This document shows positions 62,813-64,000 of a stretch of DNA of 64,000 bases, one piece after another. The number at the start of each line of letters is the position of its first letter. Positions within the stretch are counted from its first letter, which is position 1. The position numbers were made by a program, and so were the translations under genes. Below the pieces are notes generated by a model. It did no database searches. It was not told the DNA's origin and was given only the letters and a program-made list of their open reading frames with translations. The stretch is from an uncultured Acidobacteriota bacterium (GTDB lineage: Bacteria > Acidobacteriota > UBA6911), in assembly GCA_963827655.1 (NCBI GenBank), contig CAWHCF010000036.1:96001-160000 (forward strand), read 5' to 3'.

Positions 62813-64000
62813 TCATGGCAATTCCCACCCCGCCCGGTAGCGGCCCTTGAAGATGGCCTGGGCTTCCGGCTGGCCAGGAGTGCTCATTGTGGCGGGATCC
62901 CAATAGAGCTTCTTGCCGGTCCGCAATGCGGCGACGCCCAGCAGGACGATTTCGGTCAGGCGAGCGGCGTACTCGAATTGCGAACTGGCGGGTGAGCCGC
63001 CCTTGATGGCGTCCAACCAGTCGCGGTGGTGGCCTTTGGAGCGCGCCAGCGTGGCGGCGGGCTTCTTGTATTCCTCGGTCTTCTCGAAAGGCAGCAGGCG
63101 CGGCCGCCCGCCCGCCGCTTCACAGAGCATCTTGCCTTTGTCGCCGATGAAAAGTACGCCGCGTCTGGGAAGGCCGGTTCCTTGCGGCAGTTCCTCCGGA
63201 GCATCCGGCAGCAGACCGCCGCTGTACCAGACGATCTTCAGCGCCGGCTTGTCACCCCCGCGCGCGAAATGGTAATAGCCGATCTCACCATGGGGGACAA
63301 TATCCGCGTCGCCGCCGCCGGCGGGGCGGACTTCGACCGATTGAGGGGCCCGGAGGTCGAACGCCCAGCAGGCCGCATCCAGGTCGTGGCATCCGAAGTC
63401 CCCCAGCGCTCCGCAACCGAAGGCCCAGAAATCACGCCACGACACCGGCGCGTAAACCGGGTGATACGGGTGGGGCTCAGCCGGACCCAGCCACAGGTCC
63501 CAGTTCAATCCGGCCGGCACGGGCTTCGCATCCTTCGGTTTGCCCGTGAGGCCGGCGGTCCAGCGCGAGGTCGGAACCCAGGCGTGCACTTCGCGCACCT
63601 GACCGATGGCTCCATCCCAGATCCACTCGCAGGTCTCCCGTATCGTGTCCTTGGAATGCCCCTGGTTGCCCATCTGAGTGGCCACGCCGGATTCCTTGGC
63701 CACCCGCGCCACGAGCCGAGCCTCGGCGATGTTGTGCGTCAGCGGCTTTTCGCAATACACGTGCTTGCCCTTCCGCATCGCCAGGAGCGATACGTACGCA
63801 TGTAAGTGGTCAGGTGTGGCGCACAGGATCGCGTCGATCGCCTTCTCCTTTTCCAGCATCACGCGAAAGTCCTCGTATTCGGCGCAGCGGGAATTGGGCG
63901 TCTTCTCTGCGAAATGCTTCTCGATCTCCGCGCGCACCGGCCCCCGCCCCGCCACCCCTCGAAAATAGAACGCATCGAGATCCCAATTCTGCGCCGGGTC
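62813..64000 (-). CDS. Gfo/Idh/MocA oxidoreductase, 5' end outside window
   Basis: ATPDHLH, KHVYCEKPL, TQMGNQG, WDLWLGPA, GALGDFGCH. Confidence 0.9.
   Translation of the reverse strand, partial: DPAQNWDLDAFYFRGVAGRGPVRAEIEKHFAEKTPNSRCAEYEDFRVMLEKEKAIDAILCATPDHLHAYVSLLAMRKGKHVYCEKPLTHNIAEARLVARVAKESGVATQMGNQGHSKDTIRETCEWIWDGAIGQVREVHAWVPTSRWTAGLTGKPKDAKPVPAGLNWDLWLGPAEPHPYHPVYAPVSWRDFWAFGCGALGDFGCHDLDAACWAFDLRAPQSVEVRPAGGGDADIVPHGEIGYYHFARGGDKPALKIVWYSGGLLPDAPEELPQGTGLPRRGVLFIGDKGKMLCEAAGGRPRLLPFEKTEEYKKPAATLARSKGHHRDWLDAIKGGSPASSQFEYAARLTEIVLLGVAALRTGKKLYWDPATMSTPGQPEAQAIFKGRYRAGWELP

Overview
GC-rich bacterial window, most likely Acidobacteriota (inferred from five Oar-like TonB-dependent receptor genes and many secreted beta-propeller, Gfo/Idh/MocA and MFS genes). 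Many genes carry single frameshifts typical of an unpolished long-read assembly. No rRNA, tRNA or CRISPR array was seen. The main non-coding structure is a family of about 19 intergenic palindromic REPIN-like repeats. Each has two inverted arms of 8-bp TCTTNGNG units around one of two ~20-bp spacers. Several copies are split, with a gene or gene block between the halves. In two cases the cargo is bounded by an 11-15 bp duplication of the same arm/spacer junction, which suggests a repeat-targeted gene-cassette system. The arms also host two nested non-coding elements: a 76-79 bp TTAG-bounded hairpin element (3 copies) and a 229-bp MITE with 30-bp TIRs and a TTA duplication. The window also has two intact toxin-antitoxin pairs, three TA loci whose toxin is deleted, an internally deleted paralogue, a Fic gene, an HNH remnant and a NERD-helicase.
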